From the IMG/VR virus record IMGVR_UViG_3300032242_002041, positions 1 to 64,000 of that record: a DNA stretch of 64,000 bases. One strand, given 5' to 3'. A model generated the notes under the pieces. That model saw nothing but the letters and a program-made list of their open reading frames with translations, made no database searches and was not told the origin of the DNA. Of this stretch, positions 10,901-19,905 are shown piece by piece (position 1 is the stretch's first letter; the number at the start of each line of letters is the position of its first letter). The translations under genes and the position numbers were made by a program.

Positions 10901-11515
10901 AGGACCGCCACGCTTGTAGTAAGTTGGATTGTAAACGTTTGTAGCTGTGACTGCATAGTCGCCAATGCTACCATAGCTGGTCAACGGTACTGTGCTTGAT
11001 GTTTCTAAATAAGCAGTGTCGGTGATCACTGAGGGTGTCTTGCGAGTAAATGCAGAAGTAGAAATATTCCACTCATTGATACCCCAACGACTATTGGTTG
11101 TATCTAACCAATATGTACCGTTAGCAGGAGCACCAAATGGGCGAGTTAATGTAGCAGTAAGAGCAGCCAAGTCAATATCGGCTCGCATTACATAAGCAAT
11201 GTTAGTTACACCCAAGGCTGAATAACCAGCTAATAACCCGTATTCATTGAGTTCGTATCCGTTGATCGGAGTACCAGCTGTGGTGTTATAAAAGAATGGA
11301 ACACCAAACGTAGACAACAAATCTCGTTGACTGGTCATCAAGTAAAGTTTACCTGCATTGACTTTTAGTGTTCCTGGAGCGATTCCAGTACCTGCACCAG
11401 AAATTTTATTCTGTGCAGTTGCCAATAAAATAAACGGTACCGAGCTAGCGGCAGCGGGCGTGTAATTACTTTGATCAATTACACTAACTTGTACACCTGG
11501 GGATAGTAAGGCCAT
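7949..11515 (-). CDS. Tail sheath protein (gp18-like) with large insertions
   Basis: N-terminal LLSPGVQVSVID and C-terminal WFAPAGLRRG, DRINVARL, FEPND and IEPVKAVEFIYI motifs. Confidence 0.95.
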   Translation of the reverse strand: MALLSPGVQVSVIDQSNYTPAAASSVPFILLATAQNKISGAGTGIAPGTLKVNAGKLYLMTSQRDLLSTFGVPFFYNTTAGTPINGYELNEYGLLAGYSALGVTNIAYVMRADIDLAALTATLTRPFGAPANGTYWLDTTNSRWGINEWNISTSAFTRKTPSVITDTAYLETSSTVPLTSYGSIGDYAVTATNVYNPTYYKRGGPTTVNGLTQAPGWQQDALTAEELYNTWVQIGSDEWKTSWPTVQGTLAPTSITPGSVIRINGTNITVAGAPNNTVQYLAGQINSALNTSGVYAANIGGKLTLYADSMASGDNVVVTGATGTGSVATLTFTAQATAPYVVGDSITVAGINPAGYNGTYTVTACTTTSVSYANTTTASYVSGGTIVNSAANGGVVYISNYTGTALATLGLTTGEYYAPQYDFGPNYAAPRWRTGQAMPAPTGSVFQQTNLVNQGMLPEVKRYNSTLGTYVLQSCPVYANDSAALYGLDPANGGQSIPAGTTYAQIDPLNSSTSGLLILERSAAGSTVITASVSSPTFVNGSTFTLSATEPQTATPTTPVTITITGTTVADFCQAVSAAMIDNVSAAVNNAGAIVFTHSTGGDIYLVDGTNSPLTDAGFTTTVAGVRDTYVDGSVAGITLSNWIGSPAFTYIAAGSPPEINPADGTLWYYSDATTADIMIQNNGAWVGYQNVTNDVRGYNLSTTNAAGPIFSATAPTTQTDTAESPLVYGDLWINTSDLENYPIISRWENVSGQDQWVQISTADQTTINGILFADARWAPNGTTNPITDPIPPIATGSTPLITSDYLDLDAPNPLLYPEGILLWNTRRSGFNVKSFQVNYFNATTFPYPDVLPSQTNAWVTASGNRADGAANMGRHAQRALIVQALRAAIDTSTQLREQQAQFNLIACPQYPELAPEMRVLNNDRGDTAFSVVDTPLRLDPADVVAWATNNNGLGQPFADGNLATGDAYSAAFYPSCTTTDLTGNVVVTAPSHMMIRTIIRSDAVAYPWFAPAGLRRGVVDNALQIGYLMAQTGEFTPLGVNQGLRDVLYQNDVNPITFIPGTGITNFGNHTLQGAATALDRINVARLVAYLRGRLEVIGNQYLFEPNDTITRSSIAAQITSLMVELVGKRALYDYLVVCDTTNNTPSTIDRNELYVDIAIEPVKAVEFIYIPMRIQNTGTIAAQASA

Positions 11516-11542
11516 AACTAATTCCTTTTTATTAATTAAAGA

Positions 11543-11608
11543 TATTTATCGGTTATCTCAAAAAGATTGGTGTAATACACCCCTACTTAGTAGGTTTTCT
11601 GCTAAATA
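11543..11608. promoter_or_regulatory. Divergent late promoters (sheath 11543-11548 minus; HNH 11603-11608 plus)
   Basis: TAAATA on each strand facing its gene. Confidence 0.7.
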
Positions 11609-11613
11609 TCTGC

Positions 11614-11958
11614 ATGAGACCCATGTGTTTAGCCTGTAATCAGCGGCCAAGAGCTGTAGCATACCACCGCAAGGACTCGGTGCAGTATCGAAGATTATGC
11701 GAGTATTGTATCAAACGTGGTAAACGTGTTAAGCCTCCAGAACCTAGATGGAGAGTTGCTGGATATAAGAAAAAACCCACATGTGATCGATGTGGGTTTA
11801 GAGCCAAGTTTGCAGCACAGTTATTGGTATATCATGTAGACGGAAACTTACATAATACCGGGCTTAGAAATTTAAAAACTATTTGTCAAAATTGTGTTAT
11901 AGAAGTTGAGAAGACTGATCTTCCTTGGCGGGTCGGAGACTTAACACCAGACGTTTGA
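11614..11958 (+). CDS. Zn-finger HNH-family nuclease-like protein
   Basis: CxxC pairs plus HVDGNLHN...NLKTICQNC. TAAATA lies 5 nt upstream. Confidence 0.7.
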   Translation: MRPMCLACNQRPRAVAYHRKDSVQYRRLCEYCIKRGKRVKPPEPRWRVAGYKKKPTCDRCGFRAKFAAQLLVYHVDGNLHNTGLRNLKTICQNCVIEVEKTDLPWRVGDLTPDV

Positions 11959-12556
11959 CCTGGGCAAATAGTGGATCAAGCCCATCTGCGTTGTTGTCAA
12001 TAACAGCGTCAAACACAGTACCAATCCAGGCCCATTCACTAGGATGTACACCTAGCTGTTTTAACAGTTCCTGATCGGGTAAAATGCCAGCGTTGGCACC
12101 AAGTGCAGTTTCGTACCAATCTGGTTCTGGGCCACGTACCACTCGAATAACAATACCACCAGCATTTCTAACTGCCTGAATTTCGTTAGGAAATCTAACG
12201 TCTGTAATAACAATATCGTTGTGTGCTTTAGATAACTTATTTTCAAGACTAGCAATCCAAGTGTCATCGTGCCAGCTTTTACGGGCTACTTCGGTTCCCC
12301 ATTTTTGCAGGACCAAGCGTGGAGTTAAGTTGGGCATGTTCAATCGGTTGGCCCACCACGGATCCACTTGTTCTCGCCAGGCACGACTTTCTGTTGTGCG
12401 GCCTTCTAACAGTTCGCGGTCCCACCCAAACACAGCAGCAACTGCATCTTTGAGTGTGGCGGCAAAACTATCACGTTTAAATCCGTAGATGTTTTGCAAG
12501 TAGTCAGCGATGGTATCTTTTCCTGACCCTTGGAAACCGGCTATTCCTATGATCAT
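11897..12556 (-). CDS. Deoxynucleoside monophosphate kinase (T4 gp1-like)
   Basis: IIGIAGFQGSGKDT P-loop, PRLVLQKWGTE and ITDVRFPNE. Confidence 0.92.
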   Translation of the reverse strand: MIIGIAGFQGSGKDTIADYLQNIYGFKRDSFAATLKDAVAAVFGWDRELLEGRTTESRAWREQVDPWWANRLNMPNLTPRLVLQKWGTEVARKSWHDDTWIASLENKLSKAHNDIVITDVRFPNEIQAVRNAGGIVIRVVRGPEPDWYETALGANAGILPDQELLKQLGVHPSEWAWIGTVFDAVIDNNADGLDPLFAQVKRLVLSLRPAKEDQSSQLL

Positions 12557-13077
12557 CTTAATTCCTTTACATTTAAGTGTTTAAGTGTGGCCTGTAACAT
12601 GTCAATTTGTCTGCGGCAATCTTCTAAAGCATGGTGGCTGGTTGCTGGTTTGGGCAGTTCCGGCCATAGGCTATAAATGGTTCTAGCATCACGCACATTG
12701 TAGAACTGCCAGGGTAGGGCCTTGCCATAGCTCTTGTAAGCATGTTCAAGTATGTTCATGTCATACGTCGGCCCATTGGCCCAGATAAATTTGTGTTGCC
12801 AGGCCAGTTTATATAGACTGTCCAAGGCTTGGTCCAAGTCCACACGACCTTCTTCCATAAATGCTTCTGCTTGTGCTTCAGGTTGAGTGGCCCACCAGTC
12901 TATGGTGTCTTGTTGTATAGTGCGGTTTTCTTGGCTTTCCAAAGTGATACGAGCATAGTATTGACGATCGTAATAACCCTTTCCAAATGGGTCAAAGCTC
13001 TGGGCCGCGATAGTCAAAATGGTGGCATCCGGGCCAGTGCCCAGTCCTTCTATATCAATCATTAATGATGTGCTCAT
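12553..13077 (-). CDS. DEDDh 3'-5' exonuclease (DexA/RNase AS-like)
   Basis: MIDIEGLG, WANGPTYD, RDART and HHALED motifs. Confidence 0.88.
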   Translation of the reverse strand: MSTSLMIDIEGLGTGPDATILTIAAQSFDPFGKGYYDRQYYARITLESQENRTIQQDTIDWWATQPEAQAEAFMEEGRVDLDQALDSLYKLAWQHKFIWANGPTYDMNILEHAYKSYGKALPWQFYNVRDARTIYSLWPELPKPATSHHALEDCRRQIDMLQATLKHLNVKELR

Positions 13078-13083
13078 GCTAAG

Positions 13084-13112
13084 AGTATAGCATGAATTTT
13101 AAGTTAAGTCTA
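13084..13112 (-). promoter_or_regulatory. Sigma70-like promoter TAGACT-17-TATACT (extended -10)
   Basis: Ends 6 nt before the exonuclease ATG. Confidence 0.6.
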
Positions 13113-13119
13113 GTGTTTG

Positions 13120-13890
13120 TTAACCAATAACCCAGGTAAGCGGTTGCGATCCATCTACGTAGTTCTTTAGATCTTCCAAGCACTTGTCAATCCCAGCTTG
13201 GCCTTCGGCTTTCATAGCTGAACCGTTTAGGGTGCCGCCGCCTTGTGGACCGGCGATGGTGCCAAACTTCTCACGTGCTTCGCCTATGATTATCTTACAA
13301 TTAGCTGTCATGTAGTCGCGGAACCACTGCCGAATTTGATAATCGCTGAGCAGGTTAAATTCAGGTTTAAGGTTATATGTCCATAACAAAACACTTTCAC
13401 CTGTGCCTTTTGGATCGCGGATCAACTGTAATTTTTTGGTTACAGGATTCCAAGTATAGTTCATGTAGGCGCCAAACATACGTCCAGCTAGCTCTACATA
13501 CTGACTATAGAAATCGTAAGTAGCGAGACCGCCGGCCACGTTGAAGTTCATCAGATACACGTTCATTGACGCTTGGCTAAATGGATCAAAGTTTGATGCA
13601 AACGGACCAGTGGAGTCGCCAAAAGTTCTACGGAAAATTTGTCTAACAGTTATAACTTCCTGTGGCAAGTCGTAGATGTTGACATTGGTAACCAGTTCTA
13701 AAAAACTATAACTTTCTTCGTAGGCGTTTTGTGCTCGCTGACGATAAACACCCAAGGTACGTTGATAGGCTGCTTCGTAGTGTTCAGCATCCAACTCAAG
13801 GTCAATGATTTGTGCGCCTAGTTGCAAGCGAACATAATCAATTAATTCTTGTTTTAGTGTTTCTGTAGTGGTTTGATTTTCTAATGCCAT
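13120..13890 (-). CDS. Neck protein (gp13-like)
   Basis: YVRLQLGAQIIDLEL and KFGTIAGPQGGGTLNG motifs. Confidence 0.85.
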   Translation of the reverse strand: MALENQTTTETLKQELIDYVRLQLGAQIIDLELDAEHYEAAYQRTLGVYRQRAQNAYEESYSFLELVTNVNIYDLPQEVITVRQIFRRTFGDSTGPFASNFDPFSQASMNVYLMNFNVAGGLATYDFYSQYVELAGRMFGAYMNYTWNPVTKKLQLIRDPKGTGESVLLWTYNLKPEFNLLSDYQIRQWFRDYMTANCKIIIGEAREKFGTIAGPQGGGTLNGSAMKAEGQAGIDKCLEDLKNYVDGSQPLTWVIG

Positions 13891-13921
13891 TAGGGACTCC
13901 GTGTTCCCTGTATTTAGTAGT

Positions 13922-15067
13922 TTACCAAGCCCAAAGTATGATTAGGTTATCGTTGCCACGTCCGTTAAACTTGGTTTCTGTTGCTTTAATTTCACTAAAT
14001 GCTTTACGAGCCGCGGGCTTGCCACCACCAACGACTGCCTTGATTTGTTCAGCTGGTTTGCGTAGTGTTTTTTGTACCGTTGTTAAAGCATCAAACCCTA
14101 CAATGGCACTGCCCTTGACTGTAAAAGTTCCAATATGACTGTCGGCCATAACGTGAATTAGTTTACGCTTGGCTGTGTCGTATAACCATGCTTCTGTGGC
14201 ACCAACCAATTTGGTAACCGGTTCAGATTTAAGTTTAAGTTCATCAAACTCTCGTAAGAACTTAAAGTTGCGTGTGAGTTTTTCTGGACTCACAGCTTTT
14301 TTAGCTCTAGGCTTTCGTTCTACTTTTTTCAGCTGAACATAGCTGTTGCAATCGTTAATCACAGTTTCACAGAACTTGACACAGTTCTTAAGTTGCAATC
14401 GTGTAAGATGACTATAGCCTTCGACTAGATCAGCATCATTGCCTTCTAATACTTCCGTAAATTCTGCAAGACGCAATTCCCAGACACGACTTACTGTGCT
14501 GATCATATTAGGACTTACATTCATTCCACGCATTAGTGCAATGGGCTTAAAGTCTGCTGACATCTTAGCACCAGCTACAATAAAGTCATCAAACATACCT
14601 TCAAGTTCACCACAACACTCAGAGATTTTTTCACGCAGATGATCTTGGATTGTAAGTTTAGCCACTGCGGTATCGGCATCAACTTCACTTTGTTCACGTT
14701 TCTTTTCTTGTTTGACTCGAAGCATTTGGCTGATTTGGTCGTCGACAATACTCTGTTCGTGTTCGTTGAGCATAAGGCCAATTAGTGTCATGCGACATAC
14801 CCAAGCCGGAGTTACACGAATTTGGCTATCAGGAATGCCACGCATAGTTTTAGCATCTTTGCTACGACCGTTGTGTTCTAAATAATGACACAGCATTTCT
14901 TTGGCATCTTTTTTACCATAGTGATAGTTGTACCACTGGAATGCGTTGGCCAAACTGCTAAGGCGATTTTCTTCAGTAGGTTGAAACTTCCACTCAGGCT
15001 CGTGTCCTACATATTTGGTTTCAGCACCCTTGGGGTTTAGTCTTTTAATTTCGTTTGATTTAGCCAT
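13922..15067 (-). CDS. Hypothetical protein, probably early (sigma70 promoter)
   Basis: 381-aa ORF preceded by TTGACA-16-TACAAT. Confidence 0.7.
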   Translation of the reverse strand: MAKSNEIKRLNPKGAETKYVGHEPEWKFQPTEENRLSSLANAFQWYNYHYGKKDAKEMLCHYLEHNGRSKDAKTMRGIPDSQIRVTPAWVCRMTLIGLMLNEHEQSIVDDQISQMLRVKQEKKREQSEVDADTAVAKLTIQDHLREKISECCGELEGMFDDFIVAGAKMSADFKPIALMRGMNVSPNMISTVSRVWELRLAEFTEVLEGNDADLVEGYSHLTRLQLKNCVKFCETVINDCNSYVQLKKVERKPRAKKAVSPEKLTRNFKFLREFDELKLKSEPVTKLVGATEAWLYDTAKRKLIHVMADSHIGTFTVKGSAIVGFDALTTVQKTLRKPAEQIKAVVGGGKPAARKAFSEIKATETKFNGRGNDNLIILWAW

Positions 15068-15074
15068 AGTCTTT

Positions 15075-15102
15075 ATTGTATATTAAATTTTTGTAATGTC
15101 AA
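15075..15102 (-). promoter_or_regulatory. Sigma70-like promoter TTGACA-16-TACAAT
   Basis: The -35 box overlaps the upstream TGA stop; the -10 box is 7 nt from the ATG. Confidence 0.7.
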
Positions 15103-15350
15103 CCAATAAGTGCCGCAAAGGTAATGTGTTTTTCCAAATTGTCAATACGCTCAGTTGCCTGTTGCAATAACTCTTGATATCGACTTGTTTCCTTATGCAT
15201 TCTGCGGCATTCTACCGATTCCTGATCCACCGCTGTCATAGCCATATCAACAGCACGAATCATTTTGATAAGGTCGCGCTTGGCCACTTTGCTTTTGACA
15301 GCATTTACCTGTTCTACAGCACGGTCCAAACGATCGTATAATTCATTCAT
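15099..15350 (-). CDS. Hypothetical coiled-coil protein; start revised to 15350
   Basis: TTGACT-17-TATAAT ends 7 nt before the ATG of MNELYDRL. Confidence 0.6.
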   Translation of the reverse strand: MNELYDRLDRAVEQVNAVKSKVAKRDLIKMIRAVDMAMTAVDQESVECRRMHKETSRYQELLQQATERIDNLEKHITFAALIG

Positions 15351-15357
15351 AACCTTA

Positions 15358-15401
15358 ATTATACCGGCTTTTGAATTCATAGTCAATCTAACCGCTAAAT
15401 A
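15358..15401. promoter_or_regulatory. Divergent promoters: TTGACT-17-TATAAT (minus) and late TAAATA (plus, 15396-15401)
   Basis: Each element lies 7 nt upstream of its ATG. Confidence 0.7.
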
Positions 15402-15408
15402 CACTACT

Positions 15409-16773
15409 ATGCCACGCTTATCGCTATACCGCCCTAATAGAACCAACGATTACCAGTTTTTGGATCGTACTATATCCGAAATGTACACAGTTGGTGGGCT
15501 TGACATTTATGTACACAAGTACCTAGGTCCACAAGGTGCAGGCACAGACAATGGCAACAACGATGCTACCATTCCTAATTATCCTACAACCAATCCTTTG
15601 TTTATTGAAGATTTGTTGCTGTTAGAAAATCGTGATCGTGTGTATGATCCAGATGTGTTCATCATGCGTGGTGTGTATCGTACACAAGATGTAGACTTTG
15701 ATTTAACACAATTTGGTTTGTTTTTGAATGGTGATACCTTGTTTATGACATTTCATTATAACAACATGATCGACACATTTGGGCGCAAGCTCATGTCGGG
15801 CGACGTTATTGAAGTTCCTAACCTAAGAGATTACAATCCACTTGACACTGCCCTGGTTAAAAGTTTACCCAGGTACTATGTAATACAAGACGCTAACTTT
15901 GCGTCAGAAGGATTCTCGGTTACTTGGTTGCCTCACTTGTGGCGTGTTAAAGCCACTCCATTGGTCAATGCTCAAGAGTACAGCCAAATAATGAATCAGC
16001 CGTTTATGCCAGAGAATATCTGGGATCCTGGCAATTTTTATCCCAATGCTTTTGTAGTTAACAATGGTGGCACTTATTATACAGCCAATGGACCAGTTCC
16101 TCCTGGGACTCCAATTGATGCGGTCAATCCCAGCACCGGTCTGCCATACTGGACTCCAACTACGCCAAGTACAGTAGGTGACAAGCAAAGTACCAGACCT
16201 CGAGACCTGGCTCTCAACGACGCTATCCTTGCACAGGCCTATGAAGAAGTTCCGTTATCAGGATACGACAACGTAAAATTTTATATCCTACCAACAGAAA
16301 ACACTCGTCAACCAGGATCATATGGTGTTACTACCACAACTGATGGAATTACAAGTTCTGGCGAGGAACCAGCATTAGATGTTACTCCTGATGGATTTGG
16401 CTATGTTCGCGGTTACTTAACCGGAGACACACATGCTCCCAACGGATTACCAGTTACTCCCGGAGTACAATTTCCTCCACACCCAGCCAACGGCGATTAT
16501 TGTTTACGTTTAGATTATTACCCTAATCGTCTGTTTCGTTACAACGGTCGTGCTTGGTTGGCTATCAGTGATAATGTCCGTACGGATCTTGATTATGCCG
16601 CAGAGGCATTGACTCAACGAGCCAGCTTTGTTAATAATACATACACTGTGCCTACTAAAGATATCGGTAACATTCCTAGTCGTCAAAGTCTTAGTAAGAT
16701 ACTTGAAATTAAACCCGACAACGGTGACCAAGGTGGCAACTTGCCACCTAACCCAAGACCTCCAGGGAGATAA
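15409..16773 (+). CDS. Neck/head-closure protein (gp14-like) with C-terminal extension; start revised to 15409
   Basis: MPRLSLYRP start 7 nt after TAAATA. Contains FDLTQFGLFL and GDVIE motifs and lies between gp13 and gp15. Confidence 0.75.
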   Translation: MPRLSLYRPNRTNDYQFLDRTISEMYTVGGLDIYVHKYLGPQGAGTDNGNNDATIPNYPTTNPLFIEDLLLLENRDRVYDPDVFIMRGVYRTQDVDFDLTQFGLFLNGDTLFMTFHYNNMIDTFGRKLMSGDVIEVPNLRDYNPLDTALVKSLPRYYVIQDANFASEGFSVTWLPHLWRVKATPLVNAQEYSQIMNQPFMPENIWDPGNFYPNAFVVNNGGTYYTANGPVPPGTPIDAVNPSTGLPYWTPTTPSTVGDKQSTRPRDLALNDAILAQAYEEVPLSGYDNVKFYILPTENTRQPGSYGVTTTTDGITSSGEEPALDVTPDGFGYVRGYLTGDTHAPNGLPVTPGVQFPPHPANGDYCLRLDYYPNRLFRYNGRAWLAISDNVRTDLDYAAEALTQRASFVNNTYTVPTKDIGNIPSRQSLSKILEIKPDNGDQGGNLPPNPRPPGR

Positions 16774-16775
16774 CC

Positions 16776-18191
16776 ATCGCTCAATATTTTTACGACGAGC
16801 AGCTACGTCGATTCCTATTACAGTTTGCTAGAATATTTTCAAACTTTGACGTTGAATTTGGCACCAACGAAGCTGGCCAAGGTCCGGGCAGTACCGTAGA
16901 TACTCTAGTGCGTGTACCAGTACGCTACGGAGATGCCAGCCGGCAAGCGCAGACCATATTGCAAAACAATTCAGCCAACGACATGCCGGCAACACCCTTG
17001 ATGACATTTTATATTACAGATTTAAAATATGATCGGCCTAGAATGCAGGAACCGTATTATGTACAAAACATGTCGGTTCGACAACGAACCTATGATCCCA
17101 ACACGGACACCTATGAAACCACGCAAGGCAATGCATTTACTATAGAACGTGCCATGCCTGTACCTTATGAAATGACCATAAACTTGGACATTTGGACCAG
17201 CAACACCAATCAAAAAATGCAGTTGTTGGAACAAATTTTAACCTTATTCAATCCTAGCTTAGAAATTCAAAGCACTGACAACTACATTGACTGGACCAGT
17301 TTGACTGTGTTGTATCTCAAAGATGTGCGTTGGTCAAGTAGAACTGTTCCTGTTGGCACCGATAACCCAATTGATATTGCCACCTTATCATTTACCCTGC
17401 CCATGTGGATTACTCCGCCGGCCAAGGTCAAGAAGCTTGGCGTTATTGAGCGTATTATTACCAGTGTGTACGATGCGCAAGGCGACCTAATCAACTCATT
17501 GACCAACAGTGATTTATTGTTGGGTACTAGACAACGATTTACACCCTTTGGATATCAAGTGCTACTAGTCAATAACAAATTGCAGGCACTACGTCACCAA
17601 CAAGTCATTGATGAACCCAATGCAACGTTGACCGAGGCCAATAGTCCACCTAGTAACTTGTTGTGGCATAGTGTAATTGGTATGTACGGCGTGCTTCGTC
17701 CTGGAATCAGTTATATTACACTAGAACAGCCAGATGGAACCGATGTGTCTGGTACCGTGGCTTATGATCCCACCGACGATAGATTTTTGTTGTTTACTGT
17801 AAACACCAGTACTGTGCCGGCCAACACCTTGCCGCCAATAACGGCTGTGATAGATCCTCTGATCAGTGGGCCCGGTTATGGGTTGCCAGCGGCTGCTCCG
17901 GGACAACGATACCTGCTTACACAGGATACCGGCTCTTGGTCTAATCCAGACACCACCAATCCTGTGGCCTGGGAAGGGACGTTTGGACAACCGCTAGTAG
18001 CTCGTGCCAATGATATTATTGAATATGATGGCACCTATTGGCAAATTGTGTTTGATCGCACTAGTAGTCTAAATAATACACAGTATGTTACAAATCTTAC
18101 CTCAGAGTTACAGTATCGTTGGACTGGCACAACCTGGGTCAAGAGTTATCAAGGTATCTATCCGGGGGGCCAATGGACGCTGGTACTGTAA
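16776..18191 (+). CDS. Tail sheath terminator/stabiliser (gp15-like); probable non-canonical ATC start at 16776
   Basis: The frame is open from 16752 and encodes QYFYDEQLRRFLLQFARIFSNF, then VPVRYG, MPVPY and QLLEQILTLFNP. Confidence 0.85.
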   Translation: MAQYFYDEQLRRFLLQFARIFSNFDVEFGTNEAGQGPGSTVDTLVRVPVRYGDASRQAQTILQNNSANDMPATPLMTFYITDLKYDRPRMQEPYYVQNMSVRQRTYDPNTDTYETTQGNAFTIERAMPVPYEMTINLDIWTSNTNQKMQLLEQILTLFNPSLEIQSTDNYIDWTSLTVLYLKDVRWSSRTVPVGTDNPIDIATLSFTLPMWITPPAKVKKLGVIERIITSVYDAQGDLINSLTNSDLLLGTRQRFTPFGYQVLLVNNKLQALRHQQVIDEPNATLTEANSPPSNLLWHSVIGMYGVLRPGISYITLEQPDGTDVSGTVAYDPTDDRFLLFTVNTSTVPANTLPPITAVIDPLISGPGYGLPAAAPGQRYLLTQDTGSWSNPDTTNPVAWEGTFGQPLVARANDIIEYDGTYWQIVFDRTSSLNNTQYVTNLTSELQYRWTGTTWVKSYQGIYPGGQWTLVL

Positions 18192-18604
18192 CGGCTGTGG
18201 GAGTTTGGTTTTACACTGTTAATACTCATAGATATCTATATCTTATGAGGAACGATCCTAAACATCCCGGCTCTTGGGGCTTGCCCGGTGGACGTGTAGA
18301 GTCGGGCGAAACCTTACTAGAAGCCATGACCCGTGAATGTCGTGAAGAATTAGGGTTTGTGCCTGACTATTTGCGTATGATTCCTTTGGAAAAGTTTACC
18401 ACTAGTGACGCAGGCTTTGAATATCACACGTTTTTTTGTGTGGTAGACTCAGAATTCCAACCTACATTAAATCACGAACACTTAGGATATGCCTGGATCA
18501 ATTCGGGTATTTGGCCTCGTCCCATGCACCCAGGACTTTGGTCAACTGTAAACTTTGACGCAGTACAAAACAAAATACTAGTTATTGAATCTAGTCTACT
18601 GTGA
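18173..18604 (+). CDS. NUDIX hydrolase
   Basis: Nudix box GGRVESGETLLEAMTRECREELG. Confidence 0.92.
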   Translation: MDAGTVTAVGVWFYTVNTHRYLYLMRNDPKHPGSWGLPGGRVESGETLLEAMTRECREELGFVPDYLRMIPLEKFTTSDAGFEYHTFFCVVDSEFQPTLNHEHLGYAWINSGIWPRPMHPGLWSTVNFDAVQNKILVIESSLL

Positions 18605-19261
18605 CACGTCGCAGTAACTGATCCAATCTCGATAACTTAAGGTTCTTACATTGGCGCAGTCTACCCACTCGTCGGGCATGTTGGTACTTTCGCCAACCAG
18701 ATAAAATTCAACTGGATAAGTTCTAAATACGTCGGCAATTTCGTTGATCCAGGTGTTGTGGCCCCCATCAACGTCTTGATTGTATCCTAACAAAAATATT
18801 TCTCGATGTCCGTCAAATGCCGCCAGGTAAACTACGGTAGCTAGATCTACAACGGCAGGGCGTTGTGGTATAAGATAAAAACTGCCAGGATTACGAATAC
18901 AATTTTTTGCAGTAGTGTAGACCACGCTGTCTTGTTGGATTGCTGATGCCTGTATTTTGGCCAATTGGTCGGTGCGAGTCTCTACAGTAAAATCCAAACG
19001 CATTTCCAAGGCAATCGCTCCAACACCGTAGGTTTGTAATTTTTTACTGCTTAGTAGACCGCCGCGGTGACGGGCCAGACGGGTGTAGTCAAATGCGGCT
19101 CGATCCGCTGAACTGCCAATGCAGGCCGCACGACCCGAAATGTGTTGATTTTCAATGGGATTAGGAATCCACTCTCTGGTTTCTGATTTTTTGCCGCCGG
19201 ACCATCGAGCTTCTAGCACAACAAATTCTCCAGGGTAGTCAGTACGATATCTAGCTTCCAT
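18596..19261 (-). CDS. Maf/DUF115-like (GT29-related) putative glycosyltransferase
   Basis: AACIGSS...YGVGA...DFTV and VYLAAFDGHREIFLLGY resemble the conserved segments of this fold. Confidence 0.45.
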   Translation of the reverse strand: MEARYRTDYPGEFVVLEARWSGGKKSETREWIPNPIENQHISGRAACIGSSADRAAFDYTRLARHRGGLLSSKKLQTYGVGAIALEMRLDFTVETRTDQLAKIQASAIQQDSVVYTTAKNCIRNPGSFYLIPQRPAVVDLATVVYLAAFDGHREIFLLGYNQDVDGGHNTWINEIADVFRTYPVEFYLVGESTNMPDEWVDCANVRTLSYRDWISYCDVSQ

Positions 19262-19269
19262 ATAGTTAC

Positions 19270-19905
19270 TTATCCGCCTAGAGTAACACCGCTACCAATG
19301 GTTACTCCTGAGATATTGAGATAGTATGGTGGATTAAGAGAAATTGCAACAGTTGATATTGCTCCACCGACCTGGGTAAGACCAGCAGTTCTTGCAGTTG
19401 ATATTCCTGCGGCAACCTGTAGTTCATCAACTATGAGTAATCCAGCACTAGCAGACCGGACTCCAGGAGTGTTTACTCGAACGGTAGTGGAAGCAGGTGC
19501 TGTCCATGTACCAGCAACGATTGGTGCACCGGCTGCATAAACACTTAGTACATAAGCATTGGCTGTGGGGGTTGTTAAAGTGTTGGTTGTTAATGTTGTT
19601 GAGTAGGACGCAACTGGCTGTAAAGAACTTACTCCCCTGTAGTCAATCATTACCGCTATAGTACTAGTGCCAGCGTTGGTTAGGGCTACACTTGATTCTG
19701 ATGCAGTGGCAGTTTTATAAAAAATAGTAGAAAATGTGCCACTACCTTGTGCAGAAAGTAAGGTCCATCCGGAGGGTGTGGTAGTTGTTGCAGTTCCTGT
19801 GGTAACAATTATCAAAGTATCACCTGCGGCATACCCAGCAGGTACAGCTACAGTTGGGTTTGCACCCGTTGCGACTGCGCCAACAGCAACAAATGAGACA
19901 GCCAT
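19270..19905 (-). CDS. Small beta-sandwich fibre tip/adhesin protein
   Basis: T/A/V/G-rich with TPSGWTL, and a C-terminal hexapeptide-like ISGVTIGSGVTLGG. Confidence 0.55.
   Translation of the reverse strand: MAVSFVAVGAVATGANPTVAVPAGYAAGDTLIIVTTGTATTTTPSGWTLLSAQGSGTFSTIFYKTATASESSVALTNAGTSTIAVMIDYRGVSSLQPVASYSTTLTTNTLTTPTANAYVLSVYAAGAPIVAGTWTAPASTTVRVNTPGVRSASAGLLIVDELQVAAGISTARTAGLTQVGGAISTVAISLNPPYYLNISGVTIGSGVTLGG

Noticed and set aside
15265-15408. Long N-terminal extensions in the ORF track (also the starts at 15446, 45641, 49975, 54016, 18119 and 59530)
   Set aside because: They overlap neighbouring genes, promoters or terminators, and downstream ATGs fit the promoter spacing or gene coupling better.
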